A DNA stretch of 64,000 bases from an uncultured Gemmataceae bacterium (lineage in GTDB: Bacteria; Planctomycetota; Planctomycetia; Gemmatales; Gemmataceae), in the NCBI GenBank assembly GCA_963750165.1, contig CAVVPN010000011.1:1152001-1216000 (forward strand). Direction: 5' to 3'. This document shows, piece by piece, positions 42,364-53,500 of the stretch (its first letter is position 1; each line of letters starts with the position of its first letter). The translations under genes were made by a program, and so were the position numbers. The notes beneath the pieces were generated by a model. The model searched no databases and had not been told where the DNA came from. It worked only from the letters and a program-made list of their open reading frames with translations.

Positions 42364-43761
42364 TCAGTTGCCCATCAGGAACTTGGTGAGCACCATCGCA
42401 CCGACGCAGACGGCGACCGTCAGGAGGATGAGCCCGACCACGCCCAGGCGTTCGTCCCAGCGCTTGCGCGGCGCCTCGTCTTCGAGTTCCTCGGCGTGCG
42501 CCACCGGCGCCTCGACGAGGGTCGTGGGGCGGACGCTCTGGCGACTCGGCAGCGGCAGGTTGGTCTGCGGCCGTGGCGTTGGCACCGACGGGCCGGCGGT
42601 GCGGGCCGGCGGCTCGAAGTGCACGGCGGCGGGACGGGGCTTCTCGGCGGCGGCCGGCAGGGCAGGCCGGGCCACGGGCGGGGCGCCGGCGCCGGGCAGC
42701 GGTCGCGGCGCCGGCCGCTGGACCGCCGGGCTGGTCGCGAACGGCTTCAGCGCCTCGATGGCCTCGGCGGCGCTGGCGAAGCGGTTCTCGGGCGCCTTCT
42801 GCATCAGCCGTTCGATCACCTGGACCAGTTCGGCCGGCACGTCCGGGCTCAGCTGCTGGACGGGGGTCGGCTCCTGGAACTGGTGGGCCATCATCTTCTC
42901 GGCGGCGGTGCCGTTCGGGAACGGCGCCTGACCGGTCAGGCATTGATACAGGACGCAGCCGAGGCTGTACTGGTCGCCGGCCGGCGTCAGGTTGGTCGGG
43001 TCCATGATGCTCTCGGGGCTGGCGCAGTCCAGGCCGCTGGCCACCGAGTTGGCCGTGGACATCGTGTCCACCAGCGACTCGCCCTCGGTCTCGGCCAGCA
43101 GACAGCCGATGCCGAAGTCCAGGATGTGGACCTGGCCACCCTCGCCGAGCATCAGGTTGGACGGCTTGAGCAGGCCGTGGAACAGCCCCTGCTGATGGCA
43201 GATGTCGAGGCCCTCGGCGACCTGCAGGCCGATGCGGGCGGTCTCGCCGGCGCTGAGCTTCGTCTGCGCGACGATGGCCTTGTCGAGCGGTTCGCCCTGG
43301 ACGAAGGGCCAGGCCAGGTAGTGCATACCGCCGGCGGTGCCGACATCGACGAACGGCACGACGGTGGGATGGCGGCACTGCTCGAAGGCGCGGACCTTGC
43401 GGCGGGCAATGCGGACGTTCCACATGCTGCGCCGCGGTAGGACCTTGACGGCGTACCACTGATTATCGGTCTTGGACTGAGCCTTGTAGACGGTGCCCAT
43501 GCTGCCGGCGCCCAGCGCGTCCATGAGGGTGAACGGCCCCAGGACAAAGCCCTGGGTCTTGCCCTGCAGCAGGCGGTCGGCCTGGAACTGGCTGAGGATG
43601 CCCTGGGCAACGAGGAAGTCAGCGAGCGCCTGCGGCTCGGCGCGGGGGTTGGTCTGGAGGAACTCGCCGATGATCTGGTCGAGCTGGCCGCGGTCGATGA
43701 GATTACTGCGGCGGAGGTCCCAGACGAACCATTCGCAGGCGCCAAGTTCAGTGGTTACCAT
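42364..43761 (-). CDS. Membrane-anchored Ser/Thr kinase-like protein, probably a pseudokinase
   Basis: GAGSMGTVY, YAVK, HGLLKPSN (no catalytic Asp), LDFG; Pro-rich linker; C-terminal TM segment. Confidence 0.86.
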   Translation of the reverse strand: MVTTELGACEWFVWDLRRSNLIDRGQLDQIIGEFLQTNPRAEPQALADFLVAQGILSQFQADRLLQGKTQGFVLGPFTLMDALGAGSMGTVYKAQSKTDNQWYAVKVLPRRSMWNVRIARRKVRAFEQCRHPTVVPFVDVGTAGGMHYLAWPFVQGEPLDKAIVAQTKLSAGETARIGLQVAEGLDICHQQGLFHGLLKPSNLMLGEGGQVHILDFGIGCLLAETEGESLVDTMSTANSVASGLDCASPESIMDPTNLTPAGDQYSLGCVLYQCLTGQAPFPNGTAAEKMMAHQFQEPTPVQQLSPDVPAELVQVIERLMQKAPENRFASAAEAIEALKPFATSPAVQRPAPRPLPGAGAPPVARPALPAAAEKPRPAAVHFEPPARTAGPSVPTPRPQTNLPLPSRQSVRPTTLVEAPVAHAEELEDEAPRKRWDERLGVVGLILLTVAVCVGAMVLTKFLMGN

Positions 43762-43975
43762 GACGACGGCATCCTTTGTGTAAGGGGAGTCAGGGGGATG
43801 GCGCTGCTGACCATCCGAGGGGCCGGCCAGTCGCGTCCCACTGGGGGCGCTGCCGGGAATCGGGGAACCGTCCAACGGCGTCCGGCCGCACAACGTCCTT
43901 AGCGCTAACATGGGATACAAACTGAAGGGAGTCAAATTTACCGGCGGGGTGGGAGACGCTGAAACCACGGCGATT

Positions 43976-44024
43976 TTTCGCGGCCGGGTGTAGCGGTTTT
44001 TAACCGCTACACCCGGCCGCGAAA
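43976..44024. repeat. GTAG-containing REP-like hairpin
   Basis: TTTCGCGGCCGGGTGTAGCGGTT-ttt-AACCGCTACACCCGGCCGCGAAA; shares GGGTGTAGCGG/CCGCTACACCC with 11571-11638. Confidence 0.82.
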
Positions 44025-44090
44025 CGCGCTAGCAGCTTGACCAGGGCTTTGAGCCTGGCATCGCCGGCTGGGTTCCAGGGGCCACTCTTT

Positions 44091-44585
44091 TCAGGATGCC
44101 GAGCAGGCCGCGGCCGTCCTCTCGGAGTAACCGCAGCACACGGGCGTGTTGTTCATCAGCAGGCAGCAGGTGCAGCCGTTCTGCAGCAGGCAGCTCAGGC
44201 TGTCGCAGCAGGCCTGGAGCATGGCGCAGCAGGCGGGGTCGCCACTGGTGCAGGTCATGCGGACGCCCTTGTTGGTCTTCTCGCAGCGGCACTGTCCCAT
44301 CGTGAAGTTGTACTGGCAGACGGTCATACCGTTGTACATCACGCAGCAACTGCACATGCCGCCGGTCAGCATCGTACACAGGTTCTGCAGCATGCTGCAG
44401 CCCAACTGGTCATCGCAGTTGCAGGCGACCTGGAAACCGTTGGTGCAGCGCTCGACCTTGAAGGTGCAGCGTGGCACCATCATCCAGTTGCCTGCGGACG
44501 GCACGCCAGCGGGCGACCCCAGCGCGGGGGTGCCGTAGCCCGGCAGGGTGCTGCTGGTCCGTTCCATCATCATCGCACTCGTCAT
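44091..44585 (-). CDS. Cys/Met-rich hypothetical protein (164 aa) with internal duplication
   Basis: RBS AAGGAG; MTSAMMMERT...; 24 Cys and 15 Met by hand count; GC-rich third codon positions. Confidence 0.8.
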   Translation of the reverse strand: MTSAMMMERTSSTLPGYGTPALGSPAGVPSAGNWMMVPRCTFKVERCTNGFQVACNCDDQLGCSMLQNLCTMLTGGMCSCCVMYNGMTVCQYNFTMGQCRCEKTNKGVRMTCTSGDPACCAMLQACCDSLSCLLQNGCTCCLLMNNTPVCCGYSERTAAACSAS

Positions 44586-44915
44586 CGTAGAACTCCTTTC
44601 CCGGGTCGGCGTCATGGCCGACCGCCCTGAAGCAGTGCTCTCCGGAAGCCCGTCCATCGGGCCTTCCACGGTTGGGAAGATTATAAACCGCCGCAGCTGC
44701 CGCTGGCAACGATATTTGCAGTCTTTTCTTGCCGGTGCGGCGGCCGTCACCCTGTTCCGAGATTGTCGGCGGTAGCGGTTGGACCGTGCGGCGGGCGGTA
44801 ACATGGCGGGTTTGGGGCCGGCTTTTGCTGGCAACAGGCCCATTTGTGACCGATAAATTTGGAAAGGCTCTGGCCGCCCGGGGCGCAACCAGGGTTCGTC
44901 TTACGAGGACTGGCC

Positions 44916-45143
44916 ATGTTTCACAATCGCTTGACCACAGAGCCCACAATTCGCATCCCGCCAGCGCCGCCGGCGCCGGTCACGCCCGCGGGGTTTCTGG
45001 CGTGCCCGGCCGCACTGCTGCCGGTGGGGTGCCCGGCTCAGTGGCTGTGCCAGCAGTGGTTGTACCAGCGCGCCCTGGAACTGGCCCAGGCGGTGCTGCG
45101 GCCGTCGCTGCTGGAACGCGACCTGCTTGGCGTGTGGAATTGA
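44916..45143 (+). CDS. Small hypothetical protein (75 aa)
   Basis: GAGGA RBS; MFHNRL...FLACP...WLYQRALELAQAVLRPSLLERDLLGVWN. Confidence 0.6.
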   Translation: MFHNRLTTEPTIRIPPAPPAPVTPAGFLACPAALLPVGCPAQWLCQQWLYQRALELAQAVLRPSLLERDLLGVWN

Positions 45144-45192
45144 CTTTCCGATCGTCGCCAGCAACTGTGGAGGCGCCCCTCCACGGTTGTGC

Positions 45193-46074
45193 TTATTCCC
45201 CGACCAGCAACCGTCGCACCGCTGCGCAGACGCCCTGCGTCACTCGGGCCAGGAAAGCAAAGTCGAGTGTGTCCGCGGTGTCGCTGGCGCGGTGATAGTG
45301 CGGGTTGCGATAGAACGACGTATCCGTAATCATGAGCGCCGGATAGCCACGGTCCCAGAAGGAGCTGTGGTCGCTCAGCCGCGACTCGGGGAGCGCGTCA
45401 CCGTTACCCGGCACGGCGATGTGCTCGACCGGCAGGCCCGGCACGGTTCGCAGCGCCCCGGCCACCACGCCCAGCAGGTTTGCTGAGCGCTCATTGCCGA
45501 CGACGCCGATGAAGTTGCCCACGTCCGGATACAGGCCGCGCAGGTGGGCCGGCAACTGCTGGCTGCCGGGCCGGCTGTCGGCGTAGCCCAGCATCTCCAG
45601 CGAAATCATGCCGCGCACAGGATCGCCGCGTTTCTGCAATTCCTGACTGTGTTCGGCGCTGCCGAGCAGGCCCGACTCCTCCAAATCATAGGCGACGAGT
45701 TGCAAGCGGGCGCGGCACTGATCGGCGGTGGGCCGGTTGGCGTCAAACCAGCGGGCCAGTTCGAGCAGGGCGGCGACGGCGCTGGCGTTGTCGTCGGCGC
45801 CGGGCGAATTGGGGATGGAATCGTAGTGGGCGCCGACGATGAGCAGCGGCAGACTGGGGTTGTGCGGCCAGGGCTCGGCGACGAGGTTCTTGCAGGAGTC
45901 GCTGCCGTGGGCGGTGGTGCGGAGAGTGAAGCCGTGGCGGCCGAATTGGTTGCCGATGTAAGTGGCGGTGGCGTGATGAGCGGTGCTGCCGGCGGGGCGC
46001 GGCGTGGTGGCCAGGGTTTCGACGTGGCGGCGCAGGCGCTGCTGGAGGTCGGCGAAGTCACTGAGGTCGGTCAT
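45193..46074 (-). CDS. M28 family peptidase
   Basis: IVGAHYDS, PGADDNASAVA, DLEE, SLEMLG, SDHSSFW, YHRASD. Confidence 0.9.
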   Translation of the reverse strand: MTDLSDFADLQQRLRRHVETLATTPRPAGSTAHHATATYIGNQFGRHGFTLRTTAHGSDSCKNLVAEPWPHNPSLPLLIVGAHYDSIPNSPGADDNASAVAALLELARWFDANRPTADQCRARLQLVAYDLEESGLLGSAEHSQELQKRGDPVRGMISLEMLGYADSRPGSQQLPAHLRGLYPDVGNFIGVVGNERSANLLGVVAGALRTVPGLPVEHIAVPGNGDALPESRLSDHSSFWDRGYPALMITDTSFYRNPHYHRASDTADTLDFAFLARVTQGVCAAVRRLLVGE

Positions 46075-46088
46075 GGTGCGTCCGGGGT

Positions 46089-46366
46089 TCAATGGCGGAG
46101 AAGGTATCCGAGAATGGCTCCGAGCAGGGGGCCGCAAAAATCGGGGCGACCAGGGACCAGTACCACCGCCGGGTGTCTTCCCGCCGCGTTCGGAATTCGT
46201 CCAGGGAATTCACTTTCATGCGCAGGTCGGTCACCTGGTCCTCCAGGCGCTGGACCCGACTTGTGAGGTCGTCAAATGCTCTTCTGTCCGCCTCAACCCG
46301 ACCGGTAAGTCGATTAACCTGGTCGGTCAAATCTCGGAGGAGTTCGCCCTGCGTTTTACGAGGCAT
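46089..46366 (-). CDS. Small coiled-coil protein with C-terminal TM segment (apparent +1 shift at ~46128)
   Basis: MPRKTQGELLRDLTDQVNRL...LEDQVTDL. Removing one base gives WSLVAPIFAALLGAILGYLLRH-stop. Confidence 0.55.
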
Positions 46367-46416
46367 GGCCGGCGACGTCCTTTTCCTCTTCGAGCAGTAC
46401 CTCGGCAAGCAATTGG

Positions 46417-46582
46417 TTAATCCGCCTTCATCAGTTTTGCGATGCAGGCTTTCAGGCCGCACTCCACGGCGTATCCGGTCGAGGTAGTAGGCACCCGACC
46501 AGCGCTTGAGCGAGAGCAAGGCTTTGGCGTCCGCGATGCGTTCGGCGGCCAGCCTTTGCAGATCAGCACGGTTCACGTCCAC
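46417..46582 (-). pseudogene. Truncated HEPN-domain gene
   Basis: DLQRLAAERIADAKALL...GAYYL, then in a shifted frame GYAVECGLKACIAK and an early stop. Confidence 0.65.
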
Positions 46583-46781
46583 CCCCTTTGCCTTCGGCCA
46601 TTATAGAGTGCTTGCCGCCGCCAAGGCACCCGCTGCGGGAGGAACCGGACAGGATGAGAGAGCCGGAGCCGGCGGTGGGGGTAGCCGAGGTGTGGCCATC
46701 CCCGAGCCGGGGAAGAGGGCAGGGGAAGGGCAATGATCGCTCGCGAAGACAAACTGCCCAAATGTCGGGCGAGCGGCAATT

Positions 46782-46973
46782 TTAGGACATCTCGGGGATG
46801 CCGCACTTGCGGCAGATGTCGGTGACCGTGAGGCCCTTGGCCAGGTCACGATCTGCTTCACGCAACAGACGCTGAAGCTGCTCGGGAGTCCGGCGCTTGC
46901 TCATAGGTCCCTCCTTGGACTGGCTTGGCGTGGACTACCATATCAGCGGGACCAACTTTTGGAGAGCAGACCA
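46782..46973 (-). mobile_element. IS3-family remnant: left terminal repeat plus truncated OrfA
   Basis: The end reads TGGTCTGCTCTCCAAAAGTTGGTCC; RBS AAGGAGG; MSKRRTPEQLQRLLREADRDLAKGLTVTDICRKCGIPEMS-stop (46904-46782). Confidence 0.72.
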
Positions 46974-47544
46974 AGGGAGGTGATAGGCCAGAATCTGCCC
47001 GACGAATCGGATTCCGACCCAGCGCCGCCATTCGCAGAATCTTCTCGCGGAATTAACCGAAACAGGATTGAACTTGCCGGCTGTTTCGGCATAATTATCA
47101 CTATTCATCTAGCGGGAATTGTGCGCGCGCCACCAAACCTAAATGTGCGGGTTCGGGGGTATGTGCTTGCGCCTTGCCTCGGAGAAAAGTGAAAAATAAA
47201 TGAAATAATACCGCGTGGAATGATTTTTGTCCGTAATCTCAGCCGATTTCGTTTGTTATTTGTAGGGATTGTTTGGAATTCTTGCCATTTCTCCCGGGGT
47301 ATCTTGTGCTCGTGATCGGTTACCCACCGAGTTGGTCCCGCAACGGCATCTTGTTATCGTTGCGCGGGTTCCGCCTGCGCACCCCCCCGCGTGAGTCGCT
47401 TTCCCAATGTGACTAGCCGCTAATTGATTTCTCCTGGCGCTCGGTCGTACCGAGTGACAGGGCCTTATTGACCCTCCCTGATGGCGAGCTGGGTTCGCTG
47501 AACCCAATAACACCGTCGCTTGACTTCCTTTGGAGACGCTGCAC

Positions 47545-50500
47545 ATGGCATGGAAGAATTTTCTCCTCAACCGCCTTCGCAAAGCCCCCAAGACCTCCGC
47601 CAGGAACCAGCAACACAACTCGCCGAAGCGCCGCAAGCGTCACCTGCATCTGGAACAGCTGGAAACCCGCGAAGTGCCGGCGACGATCACCAACGTCAGC
47701 AACGTGCTGAACTACACCGCCGGGGCCAGCATCAACAACAACCTGTCCGTGACGATCTCCGGCAGCAACTTCGTCTTCCATGACACCGCCGAGACAATCA
47801 CCACGAGCATCTCGGGCGCGACTGGCAGCGGCACCAACACCGTCAACGTGCCGACGACCAGCATCACCGGCATCACGCTGAACCTGGCCGACGGGGCGGA
47901 CACGATCAGCGCCAGTGGCGTGGTCCTCACCACGCAGGCGATGATTATCAACCACTCGGGCACCGGCCTGACCATCACCGGCCCGCTGACAACGACGACC
48001 GGCTCGATCACGGTCAACAACACCGGCACCGGGGACATCACCGAGGCGGGCAACATCACCTCGACCAGCGGCAGCGTCTCCGTCTCGAGCAACAACAACT
48101 ACACCCTGAACGCCAAGATCAACGCCGGCAGCGGCACCATCACCCTCAAGGCCGACCAGGGCAGCGCCGGGACAGGGTCGTTCACCCAGAACGCCAGCAA
48201 CACCGTCAGTACGATCACCACCACGAACACGACCGCCAACGCCGTCAGCATCACGGTCAACACCAGCAGCAACGGCGGCACCGGCAACGCCAACATTCGC
48301 ACCATCGCGGCGACCAGTGGCACGCTGAACATCAACGCCTACGGCGGCAGCATCCTCTACGCCGGCACCGACACCCTGACGGCCGGCCAGGCCGCGTTGA
48401 CGACACTGGCTCCGGACATCACCGGCCCCGCCCCCAGCCTCGGTGGGGGTGGGAGCGCGCCCACCGGCACGGTCAACGCCAAGACGTACATCCTCGCGAC
48501 CTCCCCCACGGGCTCGGGGTCCATCGGCACGGCCGCGCGGCCGATTAACACCGTGACGGTCTCGGGGAACTCGGTCGGCCTCGCTGCGGGCAGCGGCGGC
48601 GCTTACTTCGTCGATTGGTACGCAGGCACCACCACCCTGTCCAGCGCCAGCGCCACGGGCGCGGGCAGCGTCGAGGTGGTGTCGGCCAACGCTGGCGGCC
48701 ACAACCTGGTCGTCGCCGGCAACGTGACGACCGGCTCGGGCAACATCGTCCTGGCGGCCGACGACGACTTCACCGTCAACAGCGGCGTGACCATCGGCGG
48801 CGCGGGCTTCTCCGGCGATGTCTACATGGCGTGCAACCGGGACACCGGCAACGGCGAGAACCTGACCGTCTCGGGCACGATCACCAGTTCCAACACCACG
48901 GCCAGCGCGGTGGTCATCGAAGGCTTCCACACCGAGGACAACGGCACCAACAGCGGCGTGGTGAACGTGTCCAACATCACGGTGGGCAACGGTGGCACGA
49001 TCAACCTCTCGACGGTGCCCTCCAGCGCCCCGGCGGGGCAGGGCACCATCATCGTGGCGAGTACCTCGACGGTCCTGAACGCCGGCCCGCTCGGCACGGT
49101 CAACTTCCTCGCCACGTCGATGAATGGCAACACGACCTACACGTCGGTGGTGGGCACCTCGGCGACGCCGATCAAGGTCACCGCGGGCAACGTCATCGTC
49201 ACCGCGAACGTTGGGGCGGGGACTGCGACGGTGGAGCCGGCTTCAGTTTACGTGACCGACACGATTGCCGGCAACTTCACGGCGACGATCGGCAACAGCG
49301 TCAACACCGCCGCCAGCAGCTACAACCTGACCACGACCGCCGGCGCCCTGACCGTTCTCAATCCGATCTCCAACGTCAATAATGGCGCCATCAACCTCAC
49401 CGGCGCCGGCGGCGTCGTGCTGAACGCCGATGTCGGCGGCGGCGCGACGGGCGCGGTCAACATCAACGGCCCGCTCAGCGGCACCGCCAACATCGACCCG
49501 ACCACCGGCACCGTCACCCTCACGCAGAACGCCGACTCCACCTTCGACGGCAGCATCACCGGGTCGCAGAACCTGGTCAAGGCGGGCACCGGCAACCTGA
49601 CCCTGGCGGGGACCAGCAGCGCCTGGATGGGCACGACCGCGATCAACGGCGGTTCGCTCGTCGTCACCGGCACCGAAACCGGCACCAGCAACGTGACCAC
49701 GAGCGGCACGGGCTTGCTGTCCGGCACCGGCACCGTGGACGCCGCGCAGATCAGCGGCACGTTCTCCCCGGGCACCGGGCCGAGCACCACCGGCATCCTC
49801 ACCGTCCCGAACCTGACCCTGGCGTCCACCGCCACCTTCGCCGCGGATCTGAACGGCACCACGGCCGGGACGAGCTACGACCAGGTTAACGTGTCCGGCG
49901 CGGTGAGCCTGGGCAACGCCAACCTGGCGCTCAACGCGCTGTACCTGCCGATGGGCGGCGACAGCTACGTGCTCATCAACAACGCCGGCAGCAACCCCGT
50001 CAGCGGCACCTTCTTCGGCCTGCCCGAGGGGGCCGTCTTCACCCAGGGCGGCCTGCAGTACCGCATCACGTACCAGGGCGGGGACGGCAACGATGTCGTC
50101 GTCACCAACATCGCCAGCAGCCCGAACACGACGCTGGATGTCCTCAACGGCGCCGTCTACTTCCTGTCGGGCCAGGGGGTGAACAACGCGCTGGCGATCA
50201 GCCAGGACGGCACGAACTACACCGTCAGCGACCCGTCCGGGCCCATCACCCTGAGCGCCAACGCCGTCGCGGCCGGCTGGATGGGCAGCGGCACCACCAC
50301 GGTGACCGGCCCGTTGGCGGGGATCACCGTGGTGTCGGTCAACCTGAGTGACGGCACCGACACGATCACCGGCCTTGACACCGGCCCCACCGCCAGCCTG
50401 GTGCTGAGCGGCTCCGGTTCGGTCAACCTGACCGGGGCGGTGACCAGCGCCGGGCCCGTGACCGTCACCGGCGAGACGAACGTCACGGCTTCCTCCACGG

Positions 50501-53500
50501 GATCGGTGACGGGCACGACCCTGACCTTGAACGTGTCCAACGGCGCCGGCACTTCCACCCAGCCGCTCCCGATTGCCATGACGGCCGTCGTGGCCGAAGT
50601 GGGCGCGGACGGCCTCTACCTGGCCGAGGCGGACGGCGGCGACCTGACCGCCTCCGCCACCGGCGCGGGCAACATCAACGTCGTCAACGTCATGGGCACG
50701 CTGAACGTCGCCGGCCCCATCACGACCGTGACCGGCAACATCAGCCTGTCGAGCGGCGACGCCATCACCCTGGGCGCCAACCTCAACGCCGGCAGCGGCA
50801 CGATCAGCATCGCGGCCAACACCGACGGGACCGGCGGCGAGGGCTACGACCAACAGGCCGCCACCCTGACCACCACCAACACCACCGCCAACGCCCTGGC
50901 GATCACGGTCAACACGGCCAGCGGCGGCACCGGTGACGCCGTCATCGGCAAGGGCAACATCGGCTCGTCCGCCGGCGGCACGATCACGGTCAACAGCAAC
51001 GGCGGCAACATCCTCTGGAGCAACGACCCCAGCTACACCGCCTTCACCACCTCCCAGACCGGCCTGAGCAACGGCGGCAGCAACACCCAGACGCTGCGGG
51101 CCCGCCTGTACAACTTCACCGCCACTGGCGCCGGCGGCATCGGCGCCGACCCCCGCCCGTTGCAGATCGACAACTTCGGGCCGGACAGCGTCGCGGCCAC
51201 GCCGCCGACCCTGACGGCCAGCGCCGGCGATGGCGGCATCTACGTCGTCGGCTGGGACCAGAACGGCAACGACCTGACCACCGGCAACCTCGCCGCCACC
51301 GGCGCGGGCAGCATTCGCGTCGTCGCGGCCAATGCCGGCGGCCACAACCTCTGGGTCGAAGGCAACGTCAGCGCCGTCTCGGGCAACATTTATCTGGCGG
51401 CGGACGACAACCTCAACGTCGGGCCGGGCGTGACCATCGGCGGTATCGGCTTCAGCGGCACCGTCTGGATGTCGGCCAACCGCGACCGCGGCACCGCCGG
51501 CCAGACGTTCACCATGGACCCTACCTCGGCCATCGTCACCAGCAGCTTGGTGAACAACACCGTCCCCCTGACCAACCTGCGCACGCCGACGGACCAGGCC
51601 GTGTACCTGGACATCTCTGGCGACGCCGGCACCCCCTCGACCATCACCCTGGGCAGCATCACCGCGGGCGACGGCGGCCGCATCGTCGTCAACGCCATCC
51701 CCTACGCCAACCTGTTCGCCCCGGAGACCGACGCCGGCCACCTCGTCATGGCGGGGCCGGCCAACGTTCTGAACGCCGGGCCGACCGGCACGGTCGAACT
51801 CGTGGGCCGCATCTCCGCGACGGCCGTGGCCGATGCCATCGGCACCGCGGCGACGCCGATCGCGGTGACGGCCGGCACCGTCGTCACCAACAGCAATTAC
51901 GGCAACGTCTACGTCACCGACTCGGTGGCCGCCAGCATCTCCTCGACGATCATGATTAACACGGACGGCGCGACCGGGCAGACCGGGGCACCGTCCCTGA
52001 ATTTCACGACGACTGCCGGGGCCCTGACCATCAACGACGTGATCGGCAACGTCAACGGCGGAGCCATCAACCTGAACGGGGCCGGCGGCGTGGTGCTGAA
52101 CACCGACGTCGGAGGCTCGGGCACCGGGGCGATCGGCATCACCGGCGGCCTCAGCGGCGCCGGCAACATCGACCTGGACAGCGGCGCGGTCACCGTCACC
52201 CAGTCCGTCGATTCCAGCTACGACGGGGACATCAACGGCGCGCAGGCCCTGACCAAGGCCGGGACCGGCAACCTCACCCTCACCAACATGGAGGCCTACA
52301 CCGGGGCCACCGTCATCAGCGGCGGCGTGCTGTCCGTCAACGGCACGCTGCAGGGCACCAGCGGCGTCACCACCCCGGGCGGCACCCTGGCCGGCAGTGG
52401 CACAGTGAACGCAGCCGTCAACGCCCAGGGTGGGACGGTCTCCCCCGGGAACGGCGCCGTCGCCGTCCTGAACACCGGCAATCTGTCCTTCGGCACGGGC
52501 GGCACCCTCACCGTCAACCTGAACGGCTCGACCGCGCCCGGCACGGACTACGACCAGGTCAACGTCAACGGCACGGTCAACCTGACCAACACCACCCTGA
52601 ACATCCTGGTGGGCGTGTCCCCAACCTTGAACATCGGCGACACCTACACGATCATCAACAACGACCTGTCCAGCGCCGTCACGGGCACGTTCGCCAACAG
52701 CAGTTTCGCCGCGTCCGACAACCCCCGCTACCAGTTCACCGTGAGCTACGTGGGCGGCGACGGCAACGATGTCGTGCTCACCCTGAGCAACATCATCCCG
52801 CTGCGCCAGCTGGATGTCACCGGCGGCAACACGATCTTCTACACGTCGGGCGTCGGCATCGACAACAACATCACCCTCTCGACGAACGGCACGAGCTACA
52901 CCGTGTCGGACACCTCCGGCACCATCGCGCTGTCCGCGGCGGCCGTCGCCGCCGGCTGGACGGCGCCGGCACCATGACCGTGACCGGCCCGACCACCGGC
53001 ATCACGGCCGTAACGTTCGGCCTGACCGACGGCACCGACACCGTCACCGCCGCGGCGGCCGGGGCGGCCGACCTGACCTTCACCACGACGGGCACCCTCA
53101 CCGTCGCCGGCGCGGTCACGACCACCGGCGCCCTGACCTTCGTCAACCCGACCACGCTGACCGTGAACGGCTCCCTGACGGCCGGCGCGCTCAGCGATCC
53201 GGGAGTGACGGCGGTGAACGTGAACGCGCCGATCAGCGTCACCACCGCGAACGTGACGGCGACGGCGAGCGTCGTCCTGAACGCCAACCTCAGCGCCACC
53301 ACCTCGGCGGTGATCTCGGCGGCCGATCTCACCGCCACCGCGACCGGCATGGTCACGAGCCCGGTCATCACCCTGACCTCCGCCAACGAAATCGGCACCG
53401 CCACCAACCCCCTGAACACCGCCGGCAGCACCATCACGGCCAATGCCGGGGCCGGCGGCGTTTACCTCGCCGAGGCCGACGGCGCCAGCGTGACGGCCAC

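Noticed and set aside
47460..47525. Possible riboswitch in the giant gene leader (TGGGTTC-gct-GAACCCA hairpin)
   Set aside because: No match to riboswitch consensus sequences I can recognise; an Rfam/Infernal scan would be needed.
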